A DNA stretch of 63,395 nt, filler included, from Dimorphilus gyrociliatus (GCA_904063045.1; 4 parts of 4 records of this genome joined end to end with filler, not necessarily neighbours in it); one strand, 5' to 3'. Positions 23,842 to 36,704 are shown, counted from the first letter of the whole stretch. Program-made: numbers and translations. Notes: a model not told the origin generated them from the letters alone.

Positions 23842-24564
23842 ACAAAAAATCTTTGAATTGTAAACAATTAAATAAACTACTACATAATAATAATTGATTT
23901 TTATTTATTGATAAAACTGCAAAACTGTAAAATTGCAAAAAATTGTGTTGTTAATAAAATGATCATTTAACCTTTCATAGTTCACGTGACCCTATCAAAA
24001 ATTTACAAGTATTTAGTTCACTAAGAGCTCCACCAAATGATTTTAAAAGATAGAGTGAGTGATAAAGTGATAGAGTAAAGAAAAAGATGTACGAAAAAAG
24101 GGTTGGATGTCTGTTTATTCAATTTAAAAAATTATTGAAAAAGAAAAATATCTCATTTAATAGTATTGTTATTTAAGAAACCAGCTTACACAAAAACAAT
24201 TGTTGTCCAATAAGAAATAGTGTCAACTAGCTACTCTTTTACTTGAAAAGACTTTAAACACAGAAAAGTAGGTCAGTTAGTATCATTCATTTTTTCCTTA
24301 TGTTTCACAACAGACATTATTCATTCAAGCAAATTAAATAGTGAGTGTTTCTTTTTTCCATCACCAGGTGGCTCCAACAAGTTCATTACTGATATCCCAA
24401 AGTCGTAAAGCATTCTTATCATCCCTACATAGTTTTGATGGTTGACGTACTTTACATTCGCTGTGGTAATCAAATTAAATATACAGGCCTATTGAATATA
24501 GAAAAAGAAACTCACTGATAATAGGATCCAGCTTCGTGTTCAATCCCCTCACTTACACAACAAT

Positions 24565-24664
24565 NNNNNNNNNNNNNNNNNNNNNNNNNNNNNNNNNNNN
24601 NNNNNNNNTTAATTAATTAANNNNNNNNNNNNNNNNNNNNNNNNNNNNNNNNNNNNNNNNNNNN
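24565..24664. other. Artificial contig linker 44N-TTAATTAATTAA-44N
   Basis: Identical 100-bp structure three times; the 12-mer gives stops in all six frames. Confidence 0.97.
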
Positions 24665-25782
24665 TTTTTCATTGATTAATTTACATTTTGAATTAATAAT
24701 TTAATTCATGAGCAATTTAAATGTGTATAAAAACTTTTCAATAATGACAGAAATTGTTCGATTGCTCTGTAATTCATTATTCAATTATTACCACTAAACA
24801 ATGAATTTTTAATAATTTGCATTTTCCACCATTTTAAAGACCAACGCAGCCTTTTAACAAACTATTTTTAGAATTTTGTGCACTTAGATATAGTGAATTA
24901 TCAATACTTGGACTTTAGATATCCATTTCTATTTTACAGTCTAATGGTATTGCAATAGCACAATTGTAACAATCATGTATAGCTGTTAAAAAGTTGTAGC
25001 TTGGCAGTTAGATAAAAAAGTAGTTTTCTTACTTTTTAAAACACTTAAATCTATTGTAAAAGTATTTTTCTGTTTGTTTTTATTATTTTGTGAGAGAGCT
25101 TGTCACTCTCTGTTCACATTTCAACCTCTCTCTTATATATACAGCATAAATTGTTTAGATTCAATAAAAACTGCACACAAAATATCTTTTTAAAACATTT
25201 TCTCACTTTCAGTTTTCTTCATTTTCCACTTCTCCTTATCACATGTGACTCGTTGCAGGGTAGGAACAATATTTCTAGTGATTTTGGAAAATTAGCACTT
25301 TGATTACTTTTAGAGTATGCTAGGCCTAGACTGAGGATTAGGTCTGTTTTCAAATAGTGTTTTTTGAATATTATGAATTCAATATTTATCAAAAGATGCT
25401 AAAAAGAAAATTTTGACAAGATTCCTACTCCCCTCTATAATGTAACTCCTTGGATGATTGATATCAATTTCATAAATTATTGAACAAAATTGTACTTTGT
25501 TGTATTGTAATTGTAGGAATTTCTCCTTCTTCAGAACAGTATTCGTCCTTTCCAATCATTTATCAATGCACCAAAGTACTCACACAAATAGAACCTTTCA
25601 AATTCGTCCACAAGTAGTCTTAAGAAATGTAATTTCAGTAGAAATTAATCAACAAAATGCCAGTATTTTGTTTAAAGAATATCTATTGAGTAAATGAGTT
25701 TCTAGTTCTAAACTATTTTAAACAATCACCAGGAATATTAGAAGAATAATTAAAATATTTAAGAGCAGTGTAATTAAACAAC

Positions 25783-26910
25783 CTATTTGCTTAGTTCAAA
25801 AAGATCACTTCCGCAATGCCATATCCGTTCCAGAGAAATTCTTTTAAGTTTTGAACAGTGTTTAAACAAGTTAATTATTATTTTAGACTGGTCTTCGCTC
25901 AAATTACATTCTGTAAAGTTGAGGCATTTTAAAGTATTTGACAAATGAAGAAGTTGTGCACAAATATAGAATAGTCCATTGCCTGTTGTATGATTTCCTG
26001 TCAGGTAGATTGTCTCTAGCTTGGCGCATTCTTTAAAAAGGTTTCCAATATGTCTACATTGCCCATTGTTTAAATTACAACAGCCGAAATTTATCTCTTT
26101 TAAACAGCTTGACGATTGGATGAGTCCTTTACAAATGTTAAATAATCCTTCTCCCATCTGAACATTCCATGCCAAGTTGATTGTGTCTATTTTAGAGCAA
26201 CTTTAGAAAAGCTTTCCAATCTTTCTACATTGTTCCTCTTCTAAATTGCAGCCTTTGAAATCAATCTTTATCAGCTGTTTCACTGATTTTAATGTGTCAG
26301 CAATATTCCTTAATATTTGTTCTGATATTGTTGTATTTTCTTTTAGAGTATTTGAAGAGTTGTGTAGATGTTTACATATATAAAAAATCCATTTTCCATA
26401 TTGTCATTAAATGATAAATTGATCTTTTCAATTTTATGGCAGTTATTTAAAAAATTACCAATTTCTCTGGCCATACTTCCATTTAAAAGACAACTTTTTA
26501 AATAAATTTCTGCTAGAGTATTACAACAATTGTAGAGTCCATCCAAAATAGTAGGCAAGCTGTCTTTTAAATCTTTATTCAATGAAAAGTCAACTTTTTG
26601 TAAAGAACAACATTTCTTTAATAAATCTGCAACATTCTTAATACTATTCCATCCAAATTACAATTGCAAAAGTTTATAGCTTTGAGTCCAATTGACGATA
26701 TTAAAAGTGCTTGGCAAATTTTAGGTAAAAAGTGTTCAACATTTGGATTCCAACTTAAATTAACTTTTTCAATTTTTGAACAGTTTGAAAGCAGATTTGA
26801 TAGAGTTTCACAGTTGTTCTTGCCTAAATCACAATAACATAAATTGATCTTTTGTAATGAATTTGATGAAATGAGTAGTTGTTTAAAAATTAATGATAGG
26901 CCAACTTTCA
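25783..26910 (-). pseudogene. RI-type LRR pseudogene, copy 1
   Basis: LKEINFGCCNL and LETIYLTGN repeats; in-frame TAA after GKLF and indels; 5' end replaced by a Tc1 fragment. Confidence 0.8.
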
Positions 26911-27060
26911 AATCTTCAATTGTATGATGCAATTGAAACATTTTCCAGATATATTGGGCACTGAAGCTAGAAATTGTAAACATTTTGGTAATTTTGTTCA
27001 ATGATAGCCCTTCTTGGCATTTTTCAACAACCAAATAACAAATTTTTTATCAATGACCAT
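26905..27060 (-). mobile_element. Tc1/mariner N-terminal HTH remnant fused in frame to the LRR pseudogene (also about 32530-32685 and 39205-39360)
   Basis: VVEKCQEGLSLNKITKMFTISSFSAQYIWKMFQLHHTIEDLK resembles the Tc1 transposase HTH. Confidence 0.6.
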
Positions 27061-27337
27061 TATTTTTTTGAAAAACCAAAGATATAATTATAATAAAATA
27101 CTTTCCTATTTGATTTATGCAGCTTAACCCCCTTTTTTTGATTAAATAGATGGTGACTCATTTTTAACTAACCCCTTTTTTCGAGATGTATTTACTAAAA
27201 CAGGATTTTATAAAAGAAAAACAATTTTTTGATCATTTTTCGTAAAGGACATTAGTTTATACATATTAATCATTATTATTACCAATTCAAAGTAGCTATT
27301 CAGCATAGCTTAATATCAAAACAAAAAATTTTACAAG

Positions 27338-27532
27338 GTGGCTGGGGACTTTTTGCCTATATTTGCATTCAATTATTATAGAGGGAAAATTTTCCAACAC
27401 GATGGGCCCAGCTGTCATACAGCAGCCAGAGCAAAGGAATACCTAAAGAGAAAGAAAGTTGAAACATTGCATTCATGGCCAGCTAACTGCCCAGACTTCA
27501 ACATTATTGAAGCCAATATGGGGCATATATAA
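27338..27532 (+). mobile_element. Tc1/mariner DDE transposase remnant (also 32961-33155 and about 39636-39825)
   Basis: IFQHDGPSCHTA...WPANCPDFNIIE matches the FQQDNAPCH / WPxxSPDLNPIE consensus. Confidence 0.85.
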
Positions 27533-27772
27533 AAGTATTTTTTAAGACAAAACTCTTCCAATCAATGGATGATGACCTAGTTTTATATATCTAAATCTAA
27601 AAGAATCAACTAATAATATGATAAAATAATTACAATTTTATTCACAAAGTATATTTAAATACAACCATAATAACACACCCATAATGAATTAATTAAAACA
27701 AACAAACAGTGAGTGTTCACAATATGGTATTGGAACAGATGTAACAACTTTGATACACCTGAAAAATTGAAT

Positions 27773-28480
27773 TCAACAATTCAAATGAAGCCACAATACA
27801 TTGATTTGGAAGGTAGAATAGCCATCAAAATTGAAAAGTAACCAGAATGGATCCTTAACAATTTGGAAAGTACCATCAATATACCAGTAGTTGGATTTGG
27901 ATAATAAGTTCAGCTGATGGTTTGTTGCAAAAATTAAGATTCTTTCTCCATTTTCACAAATGTCTTTCTGGAGAAATTCATCAGGTAAAAAAGTTGTGTT
28001 CAAGTTGAAATTATACACTTTTGGTTCAACTGGCCTGAATTTTTGTCTGTTTGAGTTTGCCATCCTTTTTAAGTAATTGATATCAGGAAGACATTTAGCA
28101 TTAGGTTCATATGATAATAGAAATTTTTCAGCAATGCTTCTTCCAGATGCTTTGTTATCACTTTTGCAAATAGTTTTTACATCAGTTTTTACTTTAACAT
28201 CTACTTCCAAATTAGGTTTTCTGTTGTGATTATGTTCCAGATTGCCTTTAATAAATATACTTCCATTTTGTCTTATTCTAGCTACACATCTTTTTTCTTA
28301 CTTCTCACACTGCATACCCAATTGTTGTTGTAAGTGTTTTATGTTTAACAACAAAAGAATATCCATCATTCAATAAAATGTCATGTCCTTTTCTGCTTCC
28401 TCCTTGTACATCTCAAAATCATTCCTCCTGATTGAGTCATTTTCATCTTCTGTATTTTCATCAGTTCCTTCTACATCCAT
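27773..28480 (-). mobile_element. FLYWCH + MULE transposase remnant, frameshifted copy 1
   Basis: Copy of 33396-34106 with single-base indels. Confidence 0.75.
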
Positions 28481-28817
28481 TGATTGGTTTTCTGATTGCT
28501 GAGGACTTTCATAATCAAATGTTGAATCTTTAACCTCAGCAGGATCACTTCTGTTATCATTGAAGTCCTTATTACTTCTTTGTATTGATCAATTTCCAGA
28601 TTTCCAGTAATTCTTAAGGTATTTTTTTTGTTACATCTTGTGCAAACAGGTATGCTAGGTGTTTCTGTGTCAATGTGTTAAGAAAAGATAGTTGCCTAAA
28701 TCATAATTGAAAACTGATGTACCTGAACATTTTAATTTTGGTAGAAATTAATCAGCAAAACACAAGTATTTCATTTAAAGAATATGTATTGAGTAAAATG
28801 AGCAATTACCTACAGTA

Positions 28818-29310
28818 TTACATACATAAAATTTCTTTATATAATGTTTCTACAGCTTTGATTGAATGTTCTAATGAGAAACCCTTTACTGCATATTCAG
28901 CACAGTAGGCACGTCTAGCTGCTTTATCGCTGTGTTTAAGTTCTTCCATAATGGCATCAGCCAGTTCTAAATCATCTTCTACTTGAACCAGACGACCTAC
29001 TTTGCTATCAATAAAATCTGGTAACCACTTGGTTAGTACCCACTACAGGTGTGCCACAAGCAAGGGCTTCAATTGCTACTAGACAAATGGTTCTGTACGA
29101 GAAGGCACAACACTTACATCTGCAATATTGTACATTTTAACTAATGTCTCTTGATTAACGTGACCTAAGAAGTATACATGTTCAAGGTCTAATCTTCTTT
29201 CATACGCTTTAACACACCATAGAGTTCACCATTACCTGCAATAATTGTCATTACTTTACCACAGGTTGATTTTTCGTACGTTTTGCTGCTTTTGCATCAT
29301 CCATTTAAAG
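28818..29310 (-). pseudogene. Inverted, indel-rich 3' fragment of the GT4 gene
   Basis: Reverse complement of about 36190-36689. Confidence 0.8.
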
Positions 29311-29419
29311 TGTGTATTTTTGCATGTACGATAAAGCTTTTGATAAATACATGTTTTACTAGAAGTGGTAATCTAAAATTATTAAAACAGTAGATGCTAG
29401 CACTTATAAGTGCTGCATC

Positions 29420-30005
29420 TATTTTTATTAAATGGTTATGATGAATCTTATTCCATCTCTGGACTTAGTAAGAAACTGTTTTAAGATTTGATGTACAGTC
29501 AAAAGATTGTATCGTAGCTTTTGCAGGAAATTAACACTTTAAGTGTGGATGTATTGCTAAAAGCAGCAAACGTTACGAAAATCAACCTGTGGTAGTATGA
29601 CAATTATTGCAGTAATGGTGAATCTATGTTTTAAAGCGTATGAAAGAGATTTAGACCTTGACATGTATACTTCTTAGGTCACGTTAATCAGAGACATTAG
29701 TTAAAATGTACAATATTGCAGATTAAGTGTTTGCTTCTCGTACAGAACCATTGGTCTAGTAGCAATTGAAGCCTTGCTTGTGCACACCTGTAGTGGGTAC
29801 TAACCAAGGTGGTTTACCAGATTTTATTGATAGCAAGTAGGTCGTCTGGTTCAAGTAGAAGATGATTTAGAACTGCTATGCATTATGGAAGAACTTAAAC
29901 CACGATAAAGCAGCTAGACGTGCCTATGTGTGAATATGCAGTAAAGGTTTCTCATTAGAACATTCATCAAACTGTAGAAACATTATATAAAGAATTTTAT
30001 GTATA
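29420..30005 (+). pseudogene. Forward, indel-rich 3' fragment of the GT4 gene
   Basis: Matches about 36060-36689 with many single-base deletions. Confidence 0.8.
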
Positions 30006-31403
30006 TACTGTAGGTAATTGCTCATTTTACTCAATACATATTCTTTAAATGAAATACTTGTGTTTTGCTGATTAATTCTACCAAAATTACATTTGCTAAG
30101 ACTATTTGTGGACGAATTCTAAAGGTTCTATTTGTGTGAGTACTTTGGCAAATTGGCAAATGATTGGAAAGAATGCTTACAGTTGTAAGAAACCAGAAAT
30201 TCCTCCAATTTCAAAACAACAAAGTACAACCAGTGATGTTTATAACTGAACCAATATTCTAAAGGATTTTTGATATGTTTTCATTGATTAATTTACATTT
30301 TGAATTAATAATTTAATTCATGAGGCAATTTAAATGTGTATAAAAACTTTTCAATAATGACAGAAATTGTTCGATTGCTCTGTAATTCATTATTCAATTA
30401 TTACCACTAAACAATGGAATTTTTAATAATTTGGCATTTTCCACCATTTTAAAGACCAACGCAGCCTTTTAACAAACATATTTTTAGAATTTTTGTGCAC
30501 TTAGATATAGTGAATTATCAATACTTGGACTTTAGATATCCATTTCTATTTTACAGTCTAATGGTATTGCAATAGCACAATTGTAACAATCATGTATAGC
30601 TGTTGAAAAAGTTGTAGCTTGGCAGTTAGTATAAAAAAGTAGTTTTCTTACTTTTTAAAACACTTAAATCTATTGTAAAAGTATTTTTCTGTTTGTTTTT
30701 ATTATTTTGTGAGAGATGCTTGTCACTCTCTGTTCACATTTCAACCTCTCTCTTATATATACAGCATAAATTGTTTAGATTCAATAAAAACTGCACACAA
30801 AATATCTTTTTAAAACATTTTCTCACTTTCAGTTTTCTTCATTTTCCACTTCTCCTTATCACATGTGACTCGTTGCAGGGGTAGGAACAATATTTCTAGT
30901 GATTTTGGAAAATTAGCACTTTGATTACTTTTAGAGTATGCTAGGCCTAGACTGAGGATTAGGTCTGTTTTCAAATAGTGTTTTTTGAATATTATGAATT
31001 CAATATTTATCAAAAGATGCTAAAAAGAAAATTTTGACAAGATTCCTACTCCCCTCTATAATGTAACTCCTTGGATGATTGATATCAATTTCATAAATTA
31101 TTGAACAAAATTGTACTTTGTTGTATTGTAATTGTAGGAATTTCTCCTTCTTCAGAACAGTATTCGTCCTTTCCAATCATTTATCAATGCACCAAAGTAC
31201 TCACACAAATAGAACCTTTCAAATTCGTCCACAAGTAGTCTTAAGAAATGTAATTTCAGTAGAAATTAATCAACAAAATGCCAGTATTTTGTTTAAAGAA
31301 TATCTATTGAGTAAATGAGTTTCTAGTTCTAAACTATTTTAAACAATCACCAGGAATATTAGAAGAATAATTAAAATATTTAAGAGCAGTGTAATTAAAC
31401 AAC

Positions 31404-32530
31404 CTATTTGCTTAGTTCAAAAAGATCACTTCCGCAATGCCATATCCGTTCCAGAGAAATTCTTTTAAGTTTTGAACAGTGTTTAAACAAGTTAATTATT
31501 ATTTTAGACTGGTCTTCGCTCAAATTACATTCTGTAAAGTTGAGGCATTTTAAAGTATTTGACAAATGAAGAAGTTGTGCACAAATATAGAATAGTCCAT
31601 TGCCTGTTGTATGATTTCCTGTCAGGTAGATTGTCTCTAGCTTGGCGCATTCTTTAAAAAGGTTTCCAATATGTCTACATTGCCCATTGTTTAAATTACA
31701 ACAGCCGAAATTTATCTCTTTTAAACAGCTTGACGATTGGATGAGTCCTTTACAAATGTTAAATAATCCTTCTCCCATCTGAACATTCCATGCCAAGTTG
31801 ATTGTGTCTATTTTAGAGCAACTTTAGAAAAGCTTTCCAATCTTTCTACATTGTTCCTCTTCTAAATTGCAGCCTTTGAAATCAATCTTTATCAGCTGTT
31901 TCACTGATTTTAATGTGTCAGCAATATTCCTTAATATTTGTTCTGATATTGTTGTATTTTCTTTTAGAGTATTTGAAGAGTTGTGTAGATGTTTACATAT
32001 ATAAAAAAATCCATTTTCCATATTGTCATTAAATGATAAATTGATCTTTTCAATTTTATGGCAGTTATTTAAAAAATTACCAATTTCTCTGGCCATACTT
32101 CCATTTAAAAGACAACTTTTTAAATAAATTTCTGCTAGAGTATTACAACAATTGTAGAGTCCATCCAAAATAGTAGGCAAGCTGTCTTTTAAATCTTTAT
32201 TCAATGAAAAGTCAACTTTTTGTAAAGAACAACATTTCTTTAATAAATCTGCAACATTCTTAATACTATTCCCATCCAAATTACAATTGCAAAAGTTTAT
32301 AGCTTTGAGTCCAATTGACGATATTAAAAGTGCTTGGCAAATTTTAGGTAAAAAGTGTTCAACATTTGGATTCCAACTTAAATTAACTTTTTCAATTTTT
32401 GAACAGTTTGAAAGCAGATTTGATAGAGTTTCACAGTTGTTCTTGCCTAAATCACAATAACATAAATTGATCTTTTGTAATGAATTTGATGAAATGAGTA
32501 GTTGTTTAAAAATTAATGATAGGCCAACTT
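31404..32530 (-). pseudogene. RI-type LRR pseudogene, copy 2
   Basis: In-frame TAA at 31824-31826 separates two in-frame ORFs; the same stop is present in all three copies. Confidence 0.8.
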
Positions 32531-33395
32531 TCAAATCTTCAATTGTATGATGCAATTGAAACATTTTCCAGATATATTGGGCACTGAAGCTAGAAATTGT
32601 AAACATTTTGGTAATTTTGTTCAATGATAGCCCTTCTTGGCATTTTTCAACAACCAAATAACAAATTTTTTATCAATGACCATTATTTTTTTGAAAAACC
32701 AAAGATATAATTATAATAAAATACTTTCCTATTTGATTTATGCAGCTTAACCCCCTTTTTTTGATTAAATAGATGGTGACTCATTTTTAACTAACCCCTT
32801 TTTTCGAGATGTATTTACTAAAACAGGATTTTATAAAAGAAAAACAATTTTTTGATCATTTTTCGTAAAGGACATTAGTTTATACATATTAATCATTATT
32901 ATTACCAATTCAAAGTAGCTATTCAGCATAGCTTAATATCAAAACAAAAAATTTTACAAGGTGGCTGGGGACTTTTTGCCTATATTTGCATTCAATTATT
33001 ATAGAGGGAAAATTTTCCAACACGATGGGCCCAGCTGTCATACAGCAGCCAGAGCAAAGGAATACCTAAAGAGAAAGAAAGTTGAAACATTGCATTCATG
33101 GCCAGCTAACTGCCCAGACTTCAACATTATTGAAGCCAATATGGGGCATATATAAAAGTATTTTTTAAGACAAAACTCTTCCAATCAATGGATGATGACC
33201 TAGTTTTATATATCTAAATCTAAAAGAATCAACTAATAATATGATAAAATAATTACAATTTTATTCACAAAGTATATTTAAATACAACCATAATAACACA
33301 CCCATAATGAATTAATTAAAACAAACAAACAGTGAGTGTTCACAATATGGTATTGGAACAGATGTAACAACTTTGATACACCTGAAAAATTGAAT

Positions 33396-34106
33396 TCAAC
33401 AATTCAAATGAAGCCACAATACATTGATTTGGAAGGTAGAATAGCCATCAAAATTGAAAAGTAACCAGAATGGATCCTTAACAATTTGGAAAGTACCATC
33501 AATATACCAGTAGTTGGATTTGGATAATAAGTTCAGCTGATGGTTTGTTGCAAAAATTAAGATTCTTTCTCCATTTTCACAAATGTCTTTCTGGAGAAAT
33601 TCATCAGGTAAAAAAGTTGTGTTCAAGTTGAAATTATACACTTTTGGTTCAACTGGCCTGAATTTTTGTCTGTTTGAGTTTGCCATCCTTTTTAAGTAAT
33701 TGATATCAGGAAGACATTTAGCATTAGGTTCATATGATAATAGAAATTTTTCAGCAATGCTTCTTCCAGATGCTTTGTTATCACTTTTGCAAATAGTTTT
33801 TACATCAGTTTTTACTTTAACATCTACTTCCAAATTAGGTTTTCTGTTGTGATTATGTTCCAGATTGCCTTTAATAAATATACTTCCATTTTGTCTTATT
33901 CTAGCTACACATCTTTTTTTCTTACTTCTCACACTGCATACCCAAATTGTTGTTGTAAGTGTTTTATGTTTAACAACAAAAGAATATCCATCATTCAATA
34001 AAATGTCATGTCCTTTTCTGCTTCCTCCTTGTACAATCTCAAAATCATTCCTCCTGATTGAGTCATTTTCATCTTCTGTATTTTCATCAGTTCCTTCTAC
34101 ATCCAT
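33396..34106 (-). mobile_element. FLYWCH zinc finger + truncated MULE transposase N-terminus
   Basis: GSRKGHDILLNDGYSF...WVCSVRSKKKRCVARI...EHNH (FLYWCH) and WYIDGTF (first MULE Asp), then truncated. Confidence 0.8.
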
Positions 34107-34916
34107 TGATTGGTTTTCTGATTGCCGAGGACTTTCATAATCAAATGTTGAATCTTTAACCTCAGCAGGATCACTTCTGTTATCATTGAAGTCCTTATTA
34201 CTTTCTTTGTATTGATCAATTTCCAGATTTGTTAACTTCTTAAGGCTAACAGTACATTTTCTTTTGTTACATCTTGTGCAAACAGGTATGCTAGGTGTTT
34301 CTGTGTCAATGTGTTAAGAAAAGATAGTTGCCTAAATCATAATTGAAAACTGATGTACCTGAACATTTTCTATGGATAAGATTCTCACAAAGGCAGCATT
34401 TCAAATATTTTTGCCTTCCATAAATTTTTGAATCACAATTGTTGCACTTTGAAACCATGTTGTTTCAACAGAACAAATTCACTTGATTATTAAAAAATCA
34501 CTGTCCTTTCCAAATATTCAAAATGGCTGAAATTTTGTTTATAGCAAATATTGAAATAATTTGTTATTAAAGAAAATATATTAAATTGTAATATTTTGCA
34601 TCAAAAATCTAGTTAAAAAGCTTTAAATATTTACCTGTTCAAAATCTACAAAGAAGCACTTTGTCCAAATTTATTCAGGACATACAGCTTACCTTTGAAA
34701 GTATATGCTGTCCAAAGTGAAAGTTTATTTCAACCACCTTCACTATTGAACTTCCTGCCATTTCACTTTTCAACAATATTTAATATTTTTAAATAATACT
34801 TCACATTGATAAAATATTACTTTTTACAGTCTGAGTATATACATATATATCTATTATTAACAAAACCATTTGATGAAAAATCAATAAATAAAAGAAAGAG
34901 GAAAGAGGGTGGGAAT

Positions 34917-34965
34917 GTACCTGGGTATGTTCACACCTGCCTTGGGTACATTCGCACCCAGGTAC
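34917..34965. repeat. Small GC-rich hairpin element
   Basis: gtacctgggt ... acccaggtac inverted repeat with internal gggtacattcgcaccc-type subrepeats. Confidence 0.5.
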
Positions 34966-35484
34966 GTTTGCACCTGACCCTGAAGAAAATATATGATATA
35001 TGGAGTTATGATAATAATTTGAAAGAAAAAAACTTGATTCTGATTCTGATCATACAGATATACACAGGTTTCTCCTCCAGTAAAAGATTTTTCCATATTG
35101 TAGCACATATTTTTTTCTTTAAAAGAAAAAAGAAAAAAGACAACATTCTGGCTATGCAGTGTTAGGAGCAAAAGAAACAAATGTTCAGCAACAGTCAGCT
35201 AGCAGGGGAACAACTTTTATCCTAGTTTAATGATTTTTGAAAAATCTTTAACAAATCTTATATAATTACCACACAATGCCACAAAACTCTTTTGAATAGT
35301 ACAATCCTGGCTCAATACTACTTCTCTATTGTGAGATTATAGTTGACAAATGTATGTGTGCAAAGAAAAAGACTTTTAATATTTGGACTATCAAAATTTA
35401 CTTTGTAGCATATTTATGCTGACTACTTTTATAACAAGTTTCTATTGTTATAGCAAGAAATTTCTCATAAATTACAAGTAAGGG

Positions 35485-36689
35485 ATGATGAGTGTGAAGA
35501 TTTTGTTAGTTAATCATTTTCCATTGGAGGGGACTGGTAGTGGCGTGTACACCAAAAATTTGGCAAAGGCTTTAGTAAGTTTTGGCCATAAGGTTAAAAT
35601 CATTTATCCAGAACACGAAGACAAGACATATAAAGGATTTGAATCAAGAGTCATTAAGTTTAAGGGACCAAATACAGTAAAGCCTGAAGTGGATTTCAAT
35701 TTTCCATGTTTTACAACCCATCCAAGAAGTAATACAACTTATTATGAATTATCAGATGATCAAATGAAGACTTACATGGATAAATATATAGAAGTGGTTC
35801 AAGAGGAAGTAGATACTTTTAAACCAGATATTATCCATGCACAGCATTTATGGATTACACCTTATGCTGCTATGTTAACAGGTGTGCCATATGTTATTAC
35901 TGCCCATGGTACGGATTTAAAAGGCTTTGTAAAAGATGACAGATACCATAGTTTTGCTATAGAAGGGGTGGCTAATGCTAAGATGATTATTACCATCTCT
36001 AAACAAGTAGATGCTGAAACAGCACAACTGTATAAAGTGCCGAGCAATAAACGTATGATTTTATTAAATGGTTATGATGAATCCTTATTCCATCCTCTGG
36101 ACTTAAGTAAAGAAACTGTTTTAAATGAATTTGATGTTACAGTCAAAACAGATTGTATCGTAGCTTTTGCAGGAAAATTAACACACTTTAAAGTGTGGAT
36201 GTATTGCTAAAAGCAGCAAAACGTTACGAAAAATCAACCTGTGGTAAAGTAATGACAATTATTGCAGGTAATGGTGAACTCTATGGTGTGTTAAAGCGTA
36301 TGAAAGAAGATTTAGACCTTGAACATGTATACTTCTTAGGTCACGTTAATCAAGAGACATTAGTTAAAATGTACAATATTGCAGATGTAAGTGTTGTGCC
36401 TTCTCGTACAGAACCATTTGGTCTAGTAGCAATTGAAGCCCTTGCTTGTGGCACACCTGTAGTGGGTACTAACCAAGGTGGTTTACCAGATTTTATTGAT
36501 AGCAAAGTAGGTCGTCTGGTTCAAGTAGAAGATGATTTAGAACTGGCTGATGCCATTATGGAAGAACTTAAACACAGCGATAAAGCAGCTAGACGTGCCT
36601 ACTGTGCTGAATATGCAGTAAAGGGTTTCTCATTAGAACATTCAATCAAAGCTGTAGAAACATTATATAAAGAAATTTTATGTATGTAA
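35485..36689 (+). CDS. Bacterial-type GT4 (GT-B, MshA/BshA-like) glycosyltransferase; intronless; -1 frameshift at 36193
   Basis: KILLVNHFPLEGTGSGVY, DIIHAQHLW, VITAHGTD, FAGKLTHFK(G)VDVLLKA and EPFGLVAIE (EX7E), ALACGTPVVGTNQGGLPDFI. Adding one G gives a ~400-aa ORF. Confidence 0.9.
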
Positions 36690-36704
36690 TACTGTAGGTA
36701 ATTG

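Noticed and set aside
24609-24620. TTAATTAATTAA inside the N gaps as a biological motif
   Set aside because: It is identical in all three gaps and is an artificial six-frame stop linker; adjacency across it is not evidence of linkage.
25100-25697. Short recurring ORFs (MSLSVHIST..., MLYCNCRNF..., MSLSVQLL...) as genes
   Set aside because: They recur because they lie in repeated DNA, and they show no recognisable domains.
35485-36689. GT4 as a simple contaminant contig
   Set aside because: It is joined on both sides to host-type repeats within one contig; a chimera is still possible and needs read support.
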